From assembly GCA_951804945.1 (NCBI GenBank), contig OX638157.1:51646001-51710000 (forward strand): a stretch of 64,000 nt of DNA, read 5' to 3'. Below the pieces are notes generated by a model. It was given only the letters and a program-made list of their open reading frames with translations, was not told the DNA's origin and made no database searches. Positions within the stretch are counted from its first letter, which is position 1; every line of letters begins with the position of its first letter. A program made the position numbers and the translations under genes. This document shows, piece by piece, positions 11,267-25,490 of the stretch. Origin of the DNA: Podarcis cretensis (Eukaryota).

Positions 11267-13796
11267 TCCTCCTCTATCACATTTTTATCTCCATGTTTTC
11301 TGGCTGTTGGCATAATCCCCATCAACATATATATTTTTTATTTTCCAGACCTCCTTGGAGTTTCAGTCTGTCATAGTTGGTGCTAATATAATTAAATTAA
11401 GTCCTGTTGGTTTTTTTTCACTGTTGAAATTGATTGCATTCCCAGGATAGGTTGGGAGGAGAAGCTGACACAGAAAATTCAAATGAGCTACTGAATATTT
11501 AATGAAACTTTTGGTTGAGCTTCATGGTAAAGCTTATCCTCAATATTCTGCTTTTTCTACTCCTTTCTATCTTGTAAACTTCCTGTCTCAATTCAACTCA
11601 CTATTGGAACCTTTTCTCAAACACCATTAAGACCTCAAACTAGTTTAAAGAAAAAAGAAAAACCTCTCTGCTACTGTAGGTATGAGAACTAAGCTTACAC
11701 TCTTGAATTTACATTGTCATTGTGGAAGTTGCTTTCAGGCAATAAAAGCTGTTGAAAAAAATCACTTATCAAATGATTAAATAACATACTCTAAAATATT
11801 TAATAACTTGTTGTAAAATTAAGTTTGCTTTTCTTAAATGAAAGCAACGATCTATTAATTTTTCCAATTAATGATATTTTTCCACTTGAAAGAGCTTTCA
11901 TATTACCTGTGAACATCTTTAAATAGATTCCATGTGGTTTGTGGTTAATTAAGAGAACCACTTATTAGCATCATAATCAGCATGGTTCTGCCGTGCTCTA
12001 ATAACGAAGCTTCTTCCTCTGCAAAATCGGTATCAGTAGTACAGATATGAAAAAGCATACGGAATGTGGTCATCAAAAGATAGTTGTTGCTAACTGAAGC
12101 ATGTCTGAGTAGCAGAACTTGCAATGTCACAGGTATATCTTATTGAAATTAGCATTTATTATTCAATATTTAAGCGGGAGTGCCAAATAATCTGAAGTAA
12201 AATGAAAGATTCCTTTCACCTGCATATACAAATTATGTGAGAAAGTTTTGGAAAGAAAGGGTTGTAACATTTGGTCGTTCATCCAATCTAAAACTTGTTA
12301 ATGCTTGAAGACTTTCTACTATATTACATAATTGCCCCATCTCATCAGGCAATAAACTGGCAAGGGGTACTGCTAAAAAGCTAGTGGTGAGTCAAGTTTG
12401 GTCAGCACTGGAATAGTACAGTCCATTTAGGATCAAGGAAGCCTTGCCTCAAGAAAACAATAAACCTACAGGGGGCTTTGTGGCTAGAACACATTCAGGA
12501 GGAAGAGAGGGTACAACAGCTCTAAGACAGCAGAGGATAGCTTGAATGTGAACATTACCTTCTTACAATAGGCTAGTGTCTTCACACATTTCTATATTCT
12601 TCTCTGTCCTCCATCCAGGCAAGCAAGATACATTAACAATCAAGGATACATTCTAGCCAAAAATAGCACCTGGGATGTGAAGCAGGGCCAGTGGGTGGTA
12701 TGGTCTGAGGAGAGCTCTGAGGGCCAGATAGAGAGACCTGAATGGTTGCCAAAGAATGTTGCAGCAGTGATACATAGCACTCTGCCAAGAGGACACTGCT
12801 TTCAGGCCGAACTGAGAGGCTCTGGTGCATCTCATCAACTTTAATGTTTTGCTGGCCTCTTTAATGGCTAGCCTTGAAGTGATGTTAAATTGAACTGAAA
12901 CTCAGGTCCATTGCCAATGGTGCTCTAGGGAGGCTGAAAAATAGAATTTATAAAAATCTCAGGCTGCCTTGAGACATCGGGCTCTTTGAGTGAAACCAGC
13001 ACAGTTGTTGTGACCAATTTATGGCTGGTCCAAGACAATTTGCTACTTCAGGCAAAGAACAAAGATGGTGTCTCCCCATTGCCCACCCCCCTCTGAAGCC
13101 TGGTAGACTAGCAGTTAACTCTTTTTTTAGCAGTGGTCATCAAACGTATCATCCAGCATACCTGAGGGTTAGGGGATGCTGGTCAAGCCATGTAGCACAC
13201 ACAGCACTGTTGTGCAGCGGGGATTGCCTGGGGCTGAAAAGGAATGCTTGGTGTGGCTGCTGCCCCCTCCCCAGCATCACCACCACCTGAGGTGGTGCCA
13301 AATGGTAGTGGTAGCACTGGATTAACCAATTATACACCTTGATGGTAAGCAGGAATAGGTCATTGATCTCCTAGTACTGGTGTTGTCTTCTTCCAGGAAA
13401 GTTACTGGTTTCTGAGTTAGGCTCTGAGTGGGTTATGACACCATTTGCAATAGAAACATCATGCTCTAGAAAAAACTGTTCTTTCTTCAAGGTAGCCCAA
13501 TGCATAAGCTCCCCCCCCCAATTACTTTATAGAAGAAAAGGTTCCCTGCGAGAGAGAAAGATAGCTCAATCAGCAGGAGGCATATGTGTTACAAAAATAT
13601 TTTCCCCACCAAGCCAGGCACCCCTCCATTCCTCAGACAGCTCAATTTGTTCTTTTCTCTAACACAACTGACAGATGTATACAGATCAGGTGTTCTGTGT
13701 TGAAGAAAGAGTGCTTCATGGAAGAATGCTTTTTAACTCTAGCTGGATTTTTTCCCTGGAAATTCATCCTCTGTTTTTGATAGTGTTGGGTTTTGA

Positions 13797-13897
13797 GTTA
13801 CAGATTTTGGGACTGCAGCTCCCATCATCGCTGACCATATTGGCTGATGAAAGCTAGAGTCCAGCAACATCTGGAGGGTCACGTCTCCTGTCCCCTG
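13797..13897. mobile_element. Degenerate palindromic hAT-type MITE
   Basis: GGGACTGCAGCTCCCATCATCGCTGACCA..AGTCCAGCAACATCTGGAGGG. Confidence 0.65.
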
Positions 13898-16800
13898 CTA
13901 TGGAATTTTCCTCTTACTGCTCTGAGAGCTTTTTTGCTTGCACTTCTGCAAACATTTGCAGAACACCAGAGTTGGTTATTTGCCTTCTGCTCTCTGCATC
14001 CAATACTTTCTGCTTCTGAATTACTAGTATCATGCTAGTGTATCAAATCCATTATCTCTTTGTGTAGAAGTGCTCGATAAGCACAATCACTCTGAACAAA
14101 GAAGAATACAATAGCCTTTTAAATCCAAATATATCTGAAAAGAGGAAGAGGCCACTTATCTGTGTGTCTTACTCTGTGGCTTGTTGCTGTTGCAGCTCTG
14201 GCATATTAACACAGCCCTGCCTGAAGGATAACACTGCTGTGCAATCAGTACTTTAGAGCTTTCTGTCCCCTAAACCCCTGCAGCTCAATGCTTTGTAAAA
14301 ATCGTATTCTTAAAAATACTTCTCCAACAGCTGCCCATGGGCAGTGTCCCAGCAGTGCCTAATAGGCTACCTGTTATAGTAAAAATAGCTCTTCTAGCTG
14401 ATATAGCAAGATTAAACCAAGTTTCTCGCAGAGGGGAGTGTGCGTATCTGTGTGACTGCATTCATACTCTCTCTCCTTGCTGCACATACTGGTGTGCCAC
14501 AGTTTCAGACAGTACTTATTCCTTGACAGCTTTGTGGAGCAAAGGAAACAACCATACAGCATTTATAGTTGATTCCTCAGATGTTGAGTAATCTGGTTTT
14601 TGCACTACGATTTTTTTGATCTGCCCATTATGCATGGCAAAGATGGAATGTAGCATTTCCGATAAATTAAAAATTACAATTAAAAATGTCAATGCTTTTC
14701 CAATTAATACCGTAGCATGTAGCCTAGCCTTCTTTGAAAGGACTGAATTTGAGGACAAGGGCCTTTTGATTGTTATGTTCAATTAACAAGCATGTCAGAG
14801 ATTTGTTTAATTCAGCAACTGCTTTGGAAATCACATAAACAATCACATAAACATACAAAATTGGGTGTAATGCAAAGTAAAACATGAGCTCTGAATAGTT
14901 GATATTATAAATTTAGGTGATTTGTCTTAAACACCCTCACTGTCGTTCTCTGACAGAATCCTATTTCTAACACTTTAGAGAATAATAAAATTGACAAGTC
15001 CATATCTCTCTCTCGTTTATTTTGGAAAGCAGTAAGGAGTGAATGTTCATCTTCATAGTTTTCTCTATCATATGCTCATCTTTGTGGCCGTAATTTATTT
15101 ATTTATTGTGCCCTAAGCAGATGGGAGTTTAAGATTTTTAACAGCTCTAGTATATTGAAGAGGAGGAATACAAATCCCGTTTTCCTCCTTGTCAAGAAGG
15201 AGACATAAAATAGAAAATGTCATTTTAAGTATCTGAAGGAGGGGTGGGAGAAGACAGATCATATATTGGACCTGTCAAACATGACAGGCACTCTTTAAGC
15301 TGTATATGACAAATGAGTACATGTAAAGTCTCTCTCTCTCTGCTTTTTGGCTGCTCTTGATTTACTATGGACAATTTTAATTACTCTACAGGGCTATGTG
15401 TGTAAGCTAACTGTTGGGAGAAACATTTGTTTTACAGTACTAGATTGATCAATGTATTTGTGTGTAGAGAAATGGTCTTAAATATGTACTACTGTGATTT
15501 GATATGGACAGATTTTATTGATACATGACCCAACACCCACATATTCACGTGCGCATGCGCACACATACTTTATTTCAAAAAAGAGGAGAAGTCAGAAGGG
15601 AGGGTTGAAGTAGTTAAGGAAGCAGAATGCATAAACATACCTATCTGTTCATGGATAGTTGATGTGGATTTCCTAGGACTGCAACCATTTTCTCAGGTTG
15701 TGCTTCTAGTCTTATGATTCTATAAACATGGTAATAGAATTATGCTTACATGTACACTCCTAAATAATGTTCTTGTGGTACAGATGTTGCCCCTTCTTTT
15801 CCTTTGCTCTTTTGGAAATCCTACTGTTCCGTGCAACCAGTCTGATTGTCGTCTCTCAGTTATATTGTTGGATGGCGGATGTTGTGTTGTTTTTATTATA
15901 TTTTTATTACAAAATCACTCTGGTGTCTAGTAGGATCACAGGCTGTTTAGATTTTAAATAAAAAAAATGGTATTCTGATTAGATTTGTGTGGGTTTGGTA
16001 GACTGATCAGCATTGTTTGTAAGTTGGCTTTATAGTTAATTAAGGCATTTTATGTTCTGCTGTCTGTTTTCAGTCTATCTATTTTTCTTCCCAAGATTAC
16101 TGGATACAGAGCTAATAAAAATTCAGGGTTGCATAGCCATTTGGTGAATTTGATGTATAAGATTTATTTGGGGCTAAAAATCTTCACTTTTTGTGCATTG
16201 TGAAATCAGTTGGCATAAGTCTATTACAACTGGCTGGAATTGGATACCGTTTGTACATTTGTAGGGAGATAAAATGAAATGATCTGACATTCCTATACAA
16301 TGTGCAACTTGGCATGCTTATTTCTGCTAAAGGTTTTATTCTGGGATGGGCTAGCAGGAAGAAAACTATGTTGCATAGAGCACTTAAAATACATATTGAA
16401 CAGATTAAATGCATTTCTTGAAAAGTCTTTCTTGAAATGCATTTCTTGAAGTTTGTCTTTGTTATTTTCAGAATTACTTATTTTATAATAGATCTACAAA
16501 CCTAATCTGTTCTGTACCTATTGTGAAGCTTCAGAATAGTTAATTCCCCTCTTGTACCCTATTCACATGCCTCCCAAGGCCAGTGTAGAGATGACTGCTT
16601 GCATTCGCTCATAATGTTAAATCATGGCGAAGCCCTACATGAATGGACTTCAAAGAGCCTTAGTAAACCATTTAGAACCAACTGTGGTAAATGTAACAAG
16701 AAACTATTGAACTGGTTGATTTAAACTAAACTGAGTTCAGTTTAAATTAGGATCCCTGGTTAGAACATAATACTGTTCTGTAAAAGTGAAGCTAATTTGC

Positions 16801-19800
16801 CAAAGCCCTCATCCTGGCCAGCACAGGAGCCTGAAGAATCCCCTTCACTTTTCATGTTAGCCTCAACTATGATCAACATTAAACAGGATTTTGAAACATG
16901 TCATCTTCAAATCCTGGCTAAGAGCAAACCTCAGATGGCACTAACCATGATTAAGACACACGTCAGTTTAAGCCCTAACTATGGTTAAAAGATTCTGAAG
17001 ATTATATTTCCATGTTTTGGTGAATTTAGATAATGTGAAATTCTCATGATGTTCAGCCAGCATTATGATAAATTAATACATTTTTTAAAACAATAGTGCA
17101 GCAAGGAGTGGTAATATTAATTATTTTTTTAAAAAAATACCTACAAAACACATATGTACAGACCAAACCTAACTGTATAAAGCTGGTGTAGATTATGTCA
17201 GCACACAGTACACTGGTGTAGGTTTCCCCTATTCAAAACTCCGTTCAAGAGGAATTTGACTTACAACCCAGTTCCTCTGGGTTGATCACATTGCCAAACT
17301 GAAAGGGGTTTGGAATAAGTGTCAGTCTCACTTTGCCCCACGCTGCCCTCAGAATGCTTGTGTGGGGAACTGACGTCAGCATATCTCAGACTCAGGGTGA
17401 GGGACTTACTTCGGCATAGCCCTGTCTCAGCCAGGAAACCTGAAGATCTACTAAATCTGAACTCTGTCATGCTGAGTTTGGTCATGCTTTTAGGCGGTAG
17501 TCCTATGTACATATATATGCCCCCCTCCTGTGTTTTGCACATACATTTTTTGTTGCAAGGCAAGTAGACTTCATCCTCTCAGTAGTAAAACTCCTGTCAT
17601 TGCTTTAAATAATTCTGAGCTCAAATCCAAACTTGCTTTTTTTATCTTTTAAAAGTAGTATGTACAGCATTGCTTCTCCGGCCATTTGAAATGAAATGTT
17701 ATCAGTGGATTTGATGAAGTCTGGCTTTCAAACTTTTATCATAGTTTTAAATCCTCATACAAAGCCTTGAATTTGTTTCTACAGTTGTGTGCAATTCCAA
17801 ATATCTCATTATCAATTTGCTAATATAGTGTGTTTGCTGCTTTCACAGCTCTCAGTGAATATTTTATGTTTGAACGATGATACTTAGTAAGCAGTGTGCC
17901 ACACTGCAGGCATTGTCACTAAGATTCAAATAGTTCACTTTTTTTAAAATTCTGGGAATTAAGCTGACTTTAGTGCCTCATTTATAAGTCAGTGTAGTCT
18001 TTCAGAAATGATGCACCATGTTTGATCCCCTTGCCCTACCCACTATTCTTTTGAATTTTTGTATTAACAGACATTTCTCATTTTATGTGCTCCTGATTAT
18101 GGAACGTAAAGTTAATTAAATATTATATATCTGGCCTGTTCCTCCTTTTATCTATAGATAAATGATACTTGAAGTTTCTAGTATCGTCAGTGTTCATGAT
18201 GTTCATTGGAACTATGTCCCGGATGATTATCTGAACGGTGTATGCTTTCACTTCCGCAAGACCTCAAAGTATTTGGGTCACTGCACAATGAAATACTTTT
18301 TAGGTTGAACATATCCCATAAGACACTCTAGAAAAGAACTGGCAACCAAATAGCAAAGTGAAAATGTAAACCTCAGAGTTTTATATGTTTAAAAGGATTT
18401 CCCAAAGAACAAAAATAAGAATGCATTAGCTGTGATCAACTTTAACTGCTTTGGTTTAGATTGCCATACTTTTGACCTCCTTAAATGCATCTGCTAGGCA
18501 TATATCAAAATAAATAAATACTGTTCCTATTATAAAAGCTGATCAATAAAAAATATGCTGTTTTTGCAGGAAACTTATTAATATGATATATGATACATGA
18601 GTAACCCATTCCTATTAAAAGAGATGTGTATTGTAATTAAAGTCTTCCTGTTTGTATCACATTTTCTATCAGATTTTCTTGGTTTCTGTTGAAAAGAATT
18701 TTCTGGGGACTGTTTGCTTTCTGCTCTCTAAAACCACACAAGCTGCTATTCTCATGGGGTTATACTTGTGCCTTCTTCGCATTTCACGATATGCTACAAA
18801 CTTCCACAATCTGCTGTAACCAAGGTGTAGCAAAACACTACGATTTGTTGGTGGTTCTGAGACACTCCTCAACGATGCAGATCTAACATGCTTAACCTTC
18901 GTCTTAATTCTGCATATCTAGAATGAAGCATTTGTCTTCCCCTAGGTTGGAGTCTTGGAGACAAACTGGGGCACTCACTTTTAAGATGAAACTGGCACAT
19001 CTCAAGAAACTGGGACATTGCAAAATATAGTCCAGTCAATTCTAGTGTAGCATCAAATCTGGTTGTTCAGATGAGAACCGGAGAGCTACCTGTGATCAGT
19101 ATTGGCTGGAATACTTTATGTAGGCTGACCAGTTAGATATCACCTTTTAGCCCCACCCTATATGAGGAGCTGTCCGTTCCTTTAAAGGCTGCACTTTCCC
19201 CTCCCCTCCACATCTCGTGGAACAATTAAAAGTGGTGGAGAGATGGCTTGCAATTGCTTTTTCACTCTGTGATCCCATGGTGATATAATCAGATGTGGCC
19301 ATGTTACAGTATTATGGTGGGCAAAATAAGTTCTTCAACTGGCCTCACTCTGGGAGAAAAAGAGGGAATGCATCTCTGTGTGCAAGAAACTGGGTTGATA
19401 CATTCTGAGTTGCCACAATCTGCTGACATTTTCCATGGCAAGAATTTCAACTCCACTTATGAATGTGGGTGGAGCTAGAGAATGCAGATGGAGATGTCAT
19501 CCATTCTCGCTGCACACTTTTCAGTAGAATGTGTATCTCAGGTCACATTCTGCCCCAGTTAGTCATCTCTGCTTGACTGGCTTGGGATGAGAGAGCCTTG
19601 CCAGTGGAAATGTGTTCCGTCTTCTTGGTAATAGAACTTTTTCATAGTTTTTTTGCACAGCGAGGGCGTATATATGAAGATGCACTCCCTGTTGTCTCAT
19701 CACTACTAAGCAGGCCCACTGCCTCTGTTGAAAAGTATAATGAGTTAGATGAGATTATGTGAAAGCTGTGTGTGCACTTATTAGCTTAAAATACCCTAAC

Positions 19801-20107
19801 TTGTCCTGTTCTTGCTATTATTTCTTGCCAGCTCCTCTGAGGGAGCCCAGTTCAGCATGGCATAGCGAAACGCTTAAAACCTAAGTGATTTCTCCACTCT
19901 TACCACTACTACCACTGAGGAGATATTTAGAAGATATATATTCATGAAAAGGCAGCCTATAAGGTTGTAGGAAGCTGCAGGCATTGTTAATTAGCACAGC
20001 AGGTAGTATCCCAAAGCTGACTTACAATTTGGTTCCTGCTTGAGTGTAAAGAAAAAGTGTGCATGAAAAAGAATTGTAGAATTACTGAGAGGTGTATAGA
20101 GCTGGTG

Positions 20108-20268
20108 GGGAAGTCTTGTAAGCTCAGTGAATGAGCATATGTTTTGCATGCAAAAGGTCTCGGGCTCAATTTCCAGCATATCCAGGTAGCACCAGGAAAC
20201 TCTCCTGTCCAGAAGAGCCAGCAATAGCCAGTTTAGACAAGTGGTCTGATTCAGTACAAGGCAGCTTT
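20108..20268 (+). mobile_element. Squam2-type SINE
   Basis: AGCTCAGTGAATGAGCATATGTTTTGCATGCAAAAGGTCTCGGGCTCAATTTCCAGCATATCCAGGTAG..GGTCTGATTCAGTACAAGGCAGCTT. Confidence 0.75.
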
Positions 20269-20293
20269 GTTTATTCTTTCCTGGAGGGTTCTT

Positions 20294-20319
20294 AACAACA
20301 ACAACAACAACAACAACAA
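20294..20319. repeat. (AAC)n microsatellite
   Basis: About 8 perfect AAC units. Confidence 0.95.
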
Positions 20320-21765
20320 AAACACACTGCAGATTGACTTCATAGAAGATTTGAAATTGCAGTTGATTCTTCTGTTTGGATAAATTCCTCCCGGTTCTTT
20401 CTTCATCTTCTAAATTTATGTTTTCTGGGAATTAGGTAATGGTGTGATTGTTTTGTCAAATTTCCCTAGCCTCTGTAATTTTGCAGCTCTAAGATAGTGT
20501 GGGATTCTTCTAAGAATATGTTAGATTTATGATGTGATGATTTTCATCCGCAAAAGCATTATTACACCTGATACTCAAATCCCAGATATTGTATTTGCAG
20601 GTAATTACTGGAAAAATTACACTGTACTCACTTTAGGGAGCAGAAGTATTCTGAGTTATAATTTTAGATATTGAAGTTCATACAGAGAATGCTGACTGAA
20701 GGCAACCTTTTTCTGCAACTGGCTTTCAGTGTTATCTCTTCTATCCATTGAATAGGTGGTGAGGTTATGTAGCTTTTCATTCATTGTCCCCCTTCATAAA
20801 TGGGCATTCATTAAAGCAGCATTGTCAGATGTTCATATATTTTGCTGTAGTCTTTTGTTGTTGTTGTTTCTAAGTTCTCCAGACAAAATTATGCTTGATT
20901 CTTCTATAAAAGACCTATTCAGGTAGTTTTGCTGTTATATTTGCACAAGTCTTAACAATTAATATTGTAAAGTTATCTTTTAGTTCTAAATAAGATAAAT
21001 ATTTTCTGCTATTTAAAATTGTATATCTTTAAAGATCAATGCCATGTAGGACAAAAAACAGCATGCTGTTTACTCACATTGAATGAAATGTAATAAATCA
21101 AATCAAATCAGTTTATAGTCTCTGTTCTTTGATAGCTACAGAGATAAGGTTTCATTCTATACTACCATTCACATTTCTGCTTAGCAAGCAAAAGAAATTA
21201 TTGCATCTTATTCTTGAGGTTTAGCACTTGTGTTACAAATTGCCTGTGGCTTACAGAAACACTATTATGGCCCAGTTCATTATGTTACCATGATTTGGTT
21301 CAACCTCAGTAATGTATGGAAGCTAAGATGATATGGAGCATTCTCATCATGCCATTATTACCCTTGGGAATTCCCACATTATATGAACATCCATAGGTTA
21401 CCAGCGTGTTGTAGAGTCAGACAATAGCTCAGAAAATTTAGAAAGAAAAATGGTATTTTTGATCCCCTCATGGTTACAGGGATAAGCTTAATAATATGGT
21501 AAATAATTTCCAGTGTGGACTTCAGTACTAAGTGCTATTTAGTGTAGTGTTTGAGAAAACCATCAATCATTTGTATATGTTTCAAACTTTGTGTGTGTGT
21601 GTCTTTTAATTTCCAACGCAAAACCAAAATAATTTAAAATAGTTTAAAATTCTGTTCCATGTTGTGCCAGCTGCACAAGTAAAAAAATCATTTTGTGTGG
21701 AAGAAGCTGCTTTAGAAAGTGCCATCCATGTCAAATAGTTACATAGGATGTGCTTGACCAAAATG

Positions 21766-21900
21766 AAGCTCATTTGGTCCAACATCCTGTTTGCCACAGT
21801 GGGTAAGCAGATTCTTCTAGGATGCTTGTGAGCAAAACATAAGGGCTGAATAGCTTTCCAGCAGTTGCATTCAGAGGTGTCCTTTCCCTGAAAATTGAAG
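21766..21900 (-). mobile_element. CR1 LINE 3' UTR relic
   Basis: GTCCAACATCCTGTTTGCCACAGTGG..CAGCAGTTGCATTCAGAGG is the reverse complement of the 3' UTR seen at 59030-59110. Confidence 0.55.
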
Positions 21901-23350
21901 TATTTCATGACTAGTTTTGATTAGGTAGAAGCAAAATCTGTAGCAAATACATTGTCTAGTTTAAACATAATACCAAACTCTATTTGGGTGAAACATGAGC
22001 AAGTCACTAGTGAATTGAGCAATGGGTACCTACCCTCAGAAAATGCGGGAGGAGTATTTTCTTTGTGGGCTTCTCCTCCACCACTATTTAGAACATAGGA
22101 ATACATTCCCATCCCTTCTAAAAGTAATCCGAGAATATCCTAAATAAAAATTATATAAATTTAGACAGGTAGACAGTTAGAACTACAAATGTTAATTTGA
22201 CAGCCTAAGCATTTTCTCTCCTTTTATTCGTGTACATATGTGAAAGCCGCCATCCAAATATTAATTCAGTAAGGGCAATTTCCTGTTTGGAAAGGTTTAT
22301 TTTTGCTTGAAATGTGTCCTCTCCCCACCCCCAGCCCCTTCTGAGAAGAATACATCACTACAATTTTATATTCAGGCTTTTAGCAGAGTCCGTCAAAATC
22401 TGTTATGATCTCCTGATAATGTACAGCCACTGACTTGCTCTGTCTAATGCAGGCATTGTCTGACAGAGGTATAGCATCACTGTGGGCCACTTGATTGTTG
22501 TGGCTTGAAGGAGTATTTTCTTTGTAGCAGCATCAGCATGAACTGCCTTGCACCTGAGCCAGAAATTGATGTGATAAACTAATTCATGGATAAAATTGCT
22601 TTTGAAAACCATTTTTTAAAAAGAGAATTGAAGTCGCTATCTAATACTGAAGATAAAATGCTGCAAAGTTGTGCTGCTCTGTAGCATAATTAAAATGTGG
22701 CAAGGCATTTTCTGTTTCTAAGTATTAAAGGCTCAGTATTTTATTTTATTTTCCATTCTGTACTGCCTGAATTGCATACATTTTAGTAACTTTTACTAAT
22801 TCTCCTAATAGCGAAAGCTTGTTCATGCATGTATCACAGTGCCTGGTACATTTGTCAGTCAAATGCAGCAAGCTCTGAGGTAGTGTTAATATCTGTCTTC
22901 CAGCCTGTAAGACTGACCTACATAGTATTACGACATCCAAGGATACATCACCTTTACGTAATGAAAATTAGATATTTCTTTCTCTTAGTCTTGATGTCTA
23001 CCTTATAAGATGGAAGCTATCCATTTTTAGTTAATAGGGTCAAGGTTTAAAAAACGTATGATTTATAGCATTGTGATAGCGACTCCAACTTTCCTGCTTT
23101 GTTTCTGTTTTAACTGTCCAAAGGATGGCAGTCTGTCTAAAACTGATCACTTTTCAGTCAGTGGGAGAGTTAAGTATATTGTGGGAGAGTTAAGTACGTT
23201 ATGTATAGTAGACTTCTGCCCTGAAACAAACACTAGTTGAAAATGTCTATCATTGGCTGGATCCAGTGTTGTTTCTTTATCACATTTCTCTTTCGCATTC
23301 CCCCTACTTCAAGCCCCCAAGCAACTAACAAGAGGCCCTTAGTACGGATA

Positions 23351-23497
23351 CAGTCGTACCTCTTGTTACGTCAGTCTCCGGTTGCATTTTTTCAGGATAC
23401 AAAAGCGTGTGCGCAGAAGCGGCGGTCTAGTTGCAGATTTTTCAGAGTGCAAACGGCACCCCGGAATGGATCAAGCCCGTAACTAGAGGTACCACTG
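23351..23497. mobile_element. Tc1/mariner (pogo/Tigger-like) MITE
   Basis: TIRs CAGTCGTACCTC and GAGGTACCACTG, flanked by TA at 23349-23350 and 23498-23499. Confidence 0.85.
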
Positions 23498-24847
23498 TAC
23501 TGGGTTTTAATAGTCTCCTCTTCCCCTTTTCTGCATTGTCCACCATCTCTTCCTATACCGCCCCCCCCCCCCGAGAGAACTATTAGGAAACCACTCCAAA
23601 AGGGCTGCCCTTCAGATCTGCTGCTAAGCAGTAGCAAAATAAATTATACTACTTTATCAGTTTCACCACCAGTACTATTTTGCAGAGCCAAAAGGTCAGT
23701 CATACTCTGCGTAGGAATGTCTTCCCCGTATGCCCTCAGAGTGGTTGGAGCTGCTGCTAATTGTCAGGTTGGTCCAAAATAAAATATCTGTTGTTAATGA
23801 TTTAATTACAGTTGAAGATGATGGCCTGGTTTATATTACCAAGACCCAGATTTCATGTTGAGAACTCCTAGATGGTTCTCATCAGAGTGCAATGAAAGCA
23901 GAACTGGAAATACAGTACAGAACATTACAATAATAAATGACGCCAAGCATGATGAATTTAGGATTATTATTATTTTTACAATTGCTTAGACATGAGTAAC
24001 AGTAAGTTGTTTGTTTTACTTTCCACTTAACTGAAAGGTGTCCTATGATGCCATGTCATTCCATGAATTTAGGTACTTAAATCAGAAGCATAAACTTACA
24101 ATCATGCATACTGATGACCTCTGGAGATTTGGAATTAGGAGGCAAGGAAAACTTAAAGAAGTGGAAGATTCTTACTTTGTTCTTATTTTAATTAACAACA
24201 CAATAAACCTTTTAATACTGGCAAATACCAAACCCTTTATTGAAATTAACCACAGAAAACAAATGAGATAAGACAGTACGTATATGGTTACATATTCATT
24301 CTGTATATAGCTGCTTAAAGAAATATTTCGTGCCATATTGAAAATACAATTTTGTACATCTTATGTGAGATTAGGTTCTTGGGGGCAAATGCTGAAAGAT
24401 TTAACATTATAGCCCTGATCACGTATTCATGCTGCCGTTAGCTAGCAAACTACTCTGTCCCCAAACATATTATAGTTCTGTTCATTGCGGATCACCTCTT
24501 GGGACACTGAGGAAGAGGATGTCTGTACGTATCCAATCCCTAGGCCCTAGACAAGTGAACTGTAACCAGAGATTACAGTGCTCTAAATATATGTGTGGTG
24601 CTGTGCTACAAGGGAGCAGCAAGCAGCAGTCGTTCCAGATGCCAGAGGTTACATTTTCACAACAGATGTATGCAGGCACAGGACTAAATCCTAGAAAGCA
24701 CTTCTGTTTACATAAGAATTACCTCTGGACCAGGACAGTGGAAATCAGTAAAAAACAGGAAAGAGGAATATATTATTACATAATAGTTGATATCTGAATA
24801 AATTAAACTCTGAAAAAGGTATAACATTGCCTTTTTGTTGTTGGGGG

Positions 24848-25490
24848 AAATGTTGGAAATGTAAAGAAACAGTTGGTACATTCTATCATTTATGGTGGTC
24901 ATGTAGGATAACAAAAAACAAAAAAAATGGACATGGTGCATAATAAATTTAAGAAAATGTTTAGAATAACGTTCCCCTAAAATCCAGAAGCTTTTCTTCT
25001 GTGAATAGTAATGACAGAAATCCCCCCCAAAACACAAATTGCCTTATGGATGTATGTGACAACAGCCACTCGAATTTTATTTCCCCCCAAATGGAGAACA
25101 GATACAGTACCATCAAGAGAAGAATGGCATCTCAAAATAATAGATTACATAGAACTAGCTAGTATGACAGATAAAGAAATAAGAGCCTGAAAGAGGATTG
25201 GATATTACATACGGATTATATGTTAAAATATAACAATAAAATAATCGTAACAGGCTGAAAAAATACTCAGCAGTAGTTATAATATGATATTATGTAAGGT
25301 AATGAAAATAATTTAGTAAAGAAAACACAGTTAAAAGAATAGTAGATAGGAAACCATGGAAAGAGTGGAAGGGAAGTATAATTTAAGATATAGAGGATTT
25401 AAATAATCTTGGAAGAATTTAGATACGTTGTTATTACTGTCATATGTTTGTTTTATACCTATGCTATCTTTTGTCTATGTTATGTATGAC
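24848..25490 (+). mobile_element. L1-clade LINE 3' fragment (ORF2 CCHC knuckle plus 3' UTR)
   Basis: Translates KCWKCKETVGTFYHLWWSCR from 24848 (C-x2-C..H-x4-C), then degenerate NPEAFLL and KWRTDTVPSREEWHLKIIDYIELA, followed by an A-rich UTR. Confidence 0.8.

Noticed and set aside
17261-17567. Moderately GC-rich block with ORFs on both strands and a CRE palindrome TGACGTCA
   Set aside because: No recognisable protein or repeat similarity and no convincing splice sites; I cannot assign a function.
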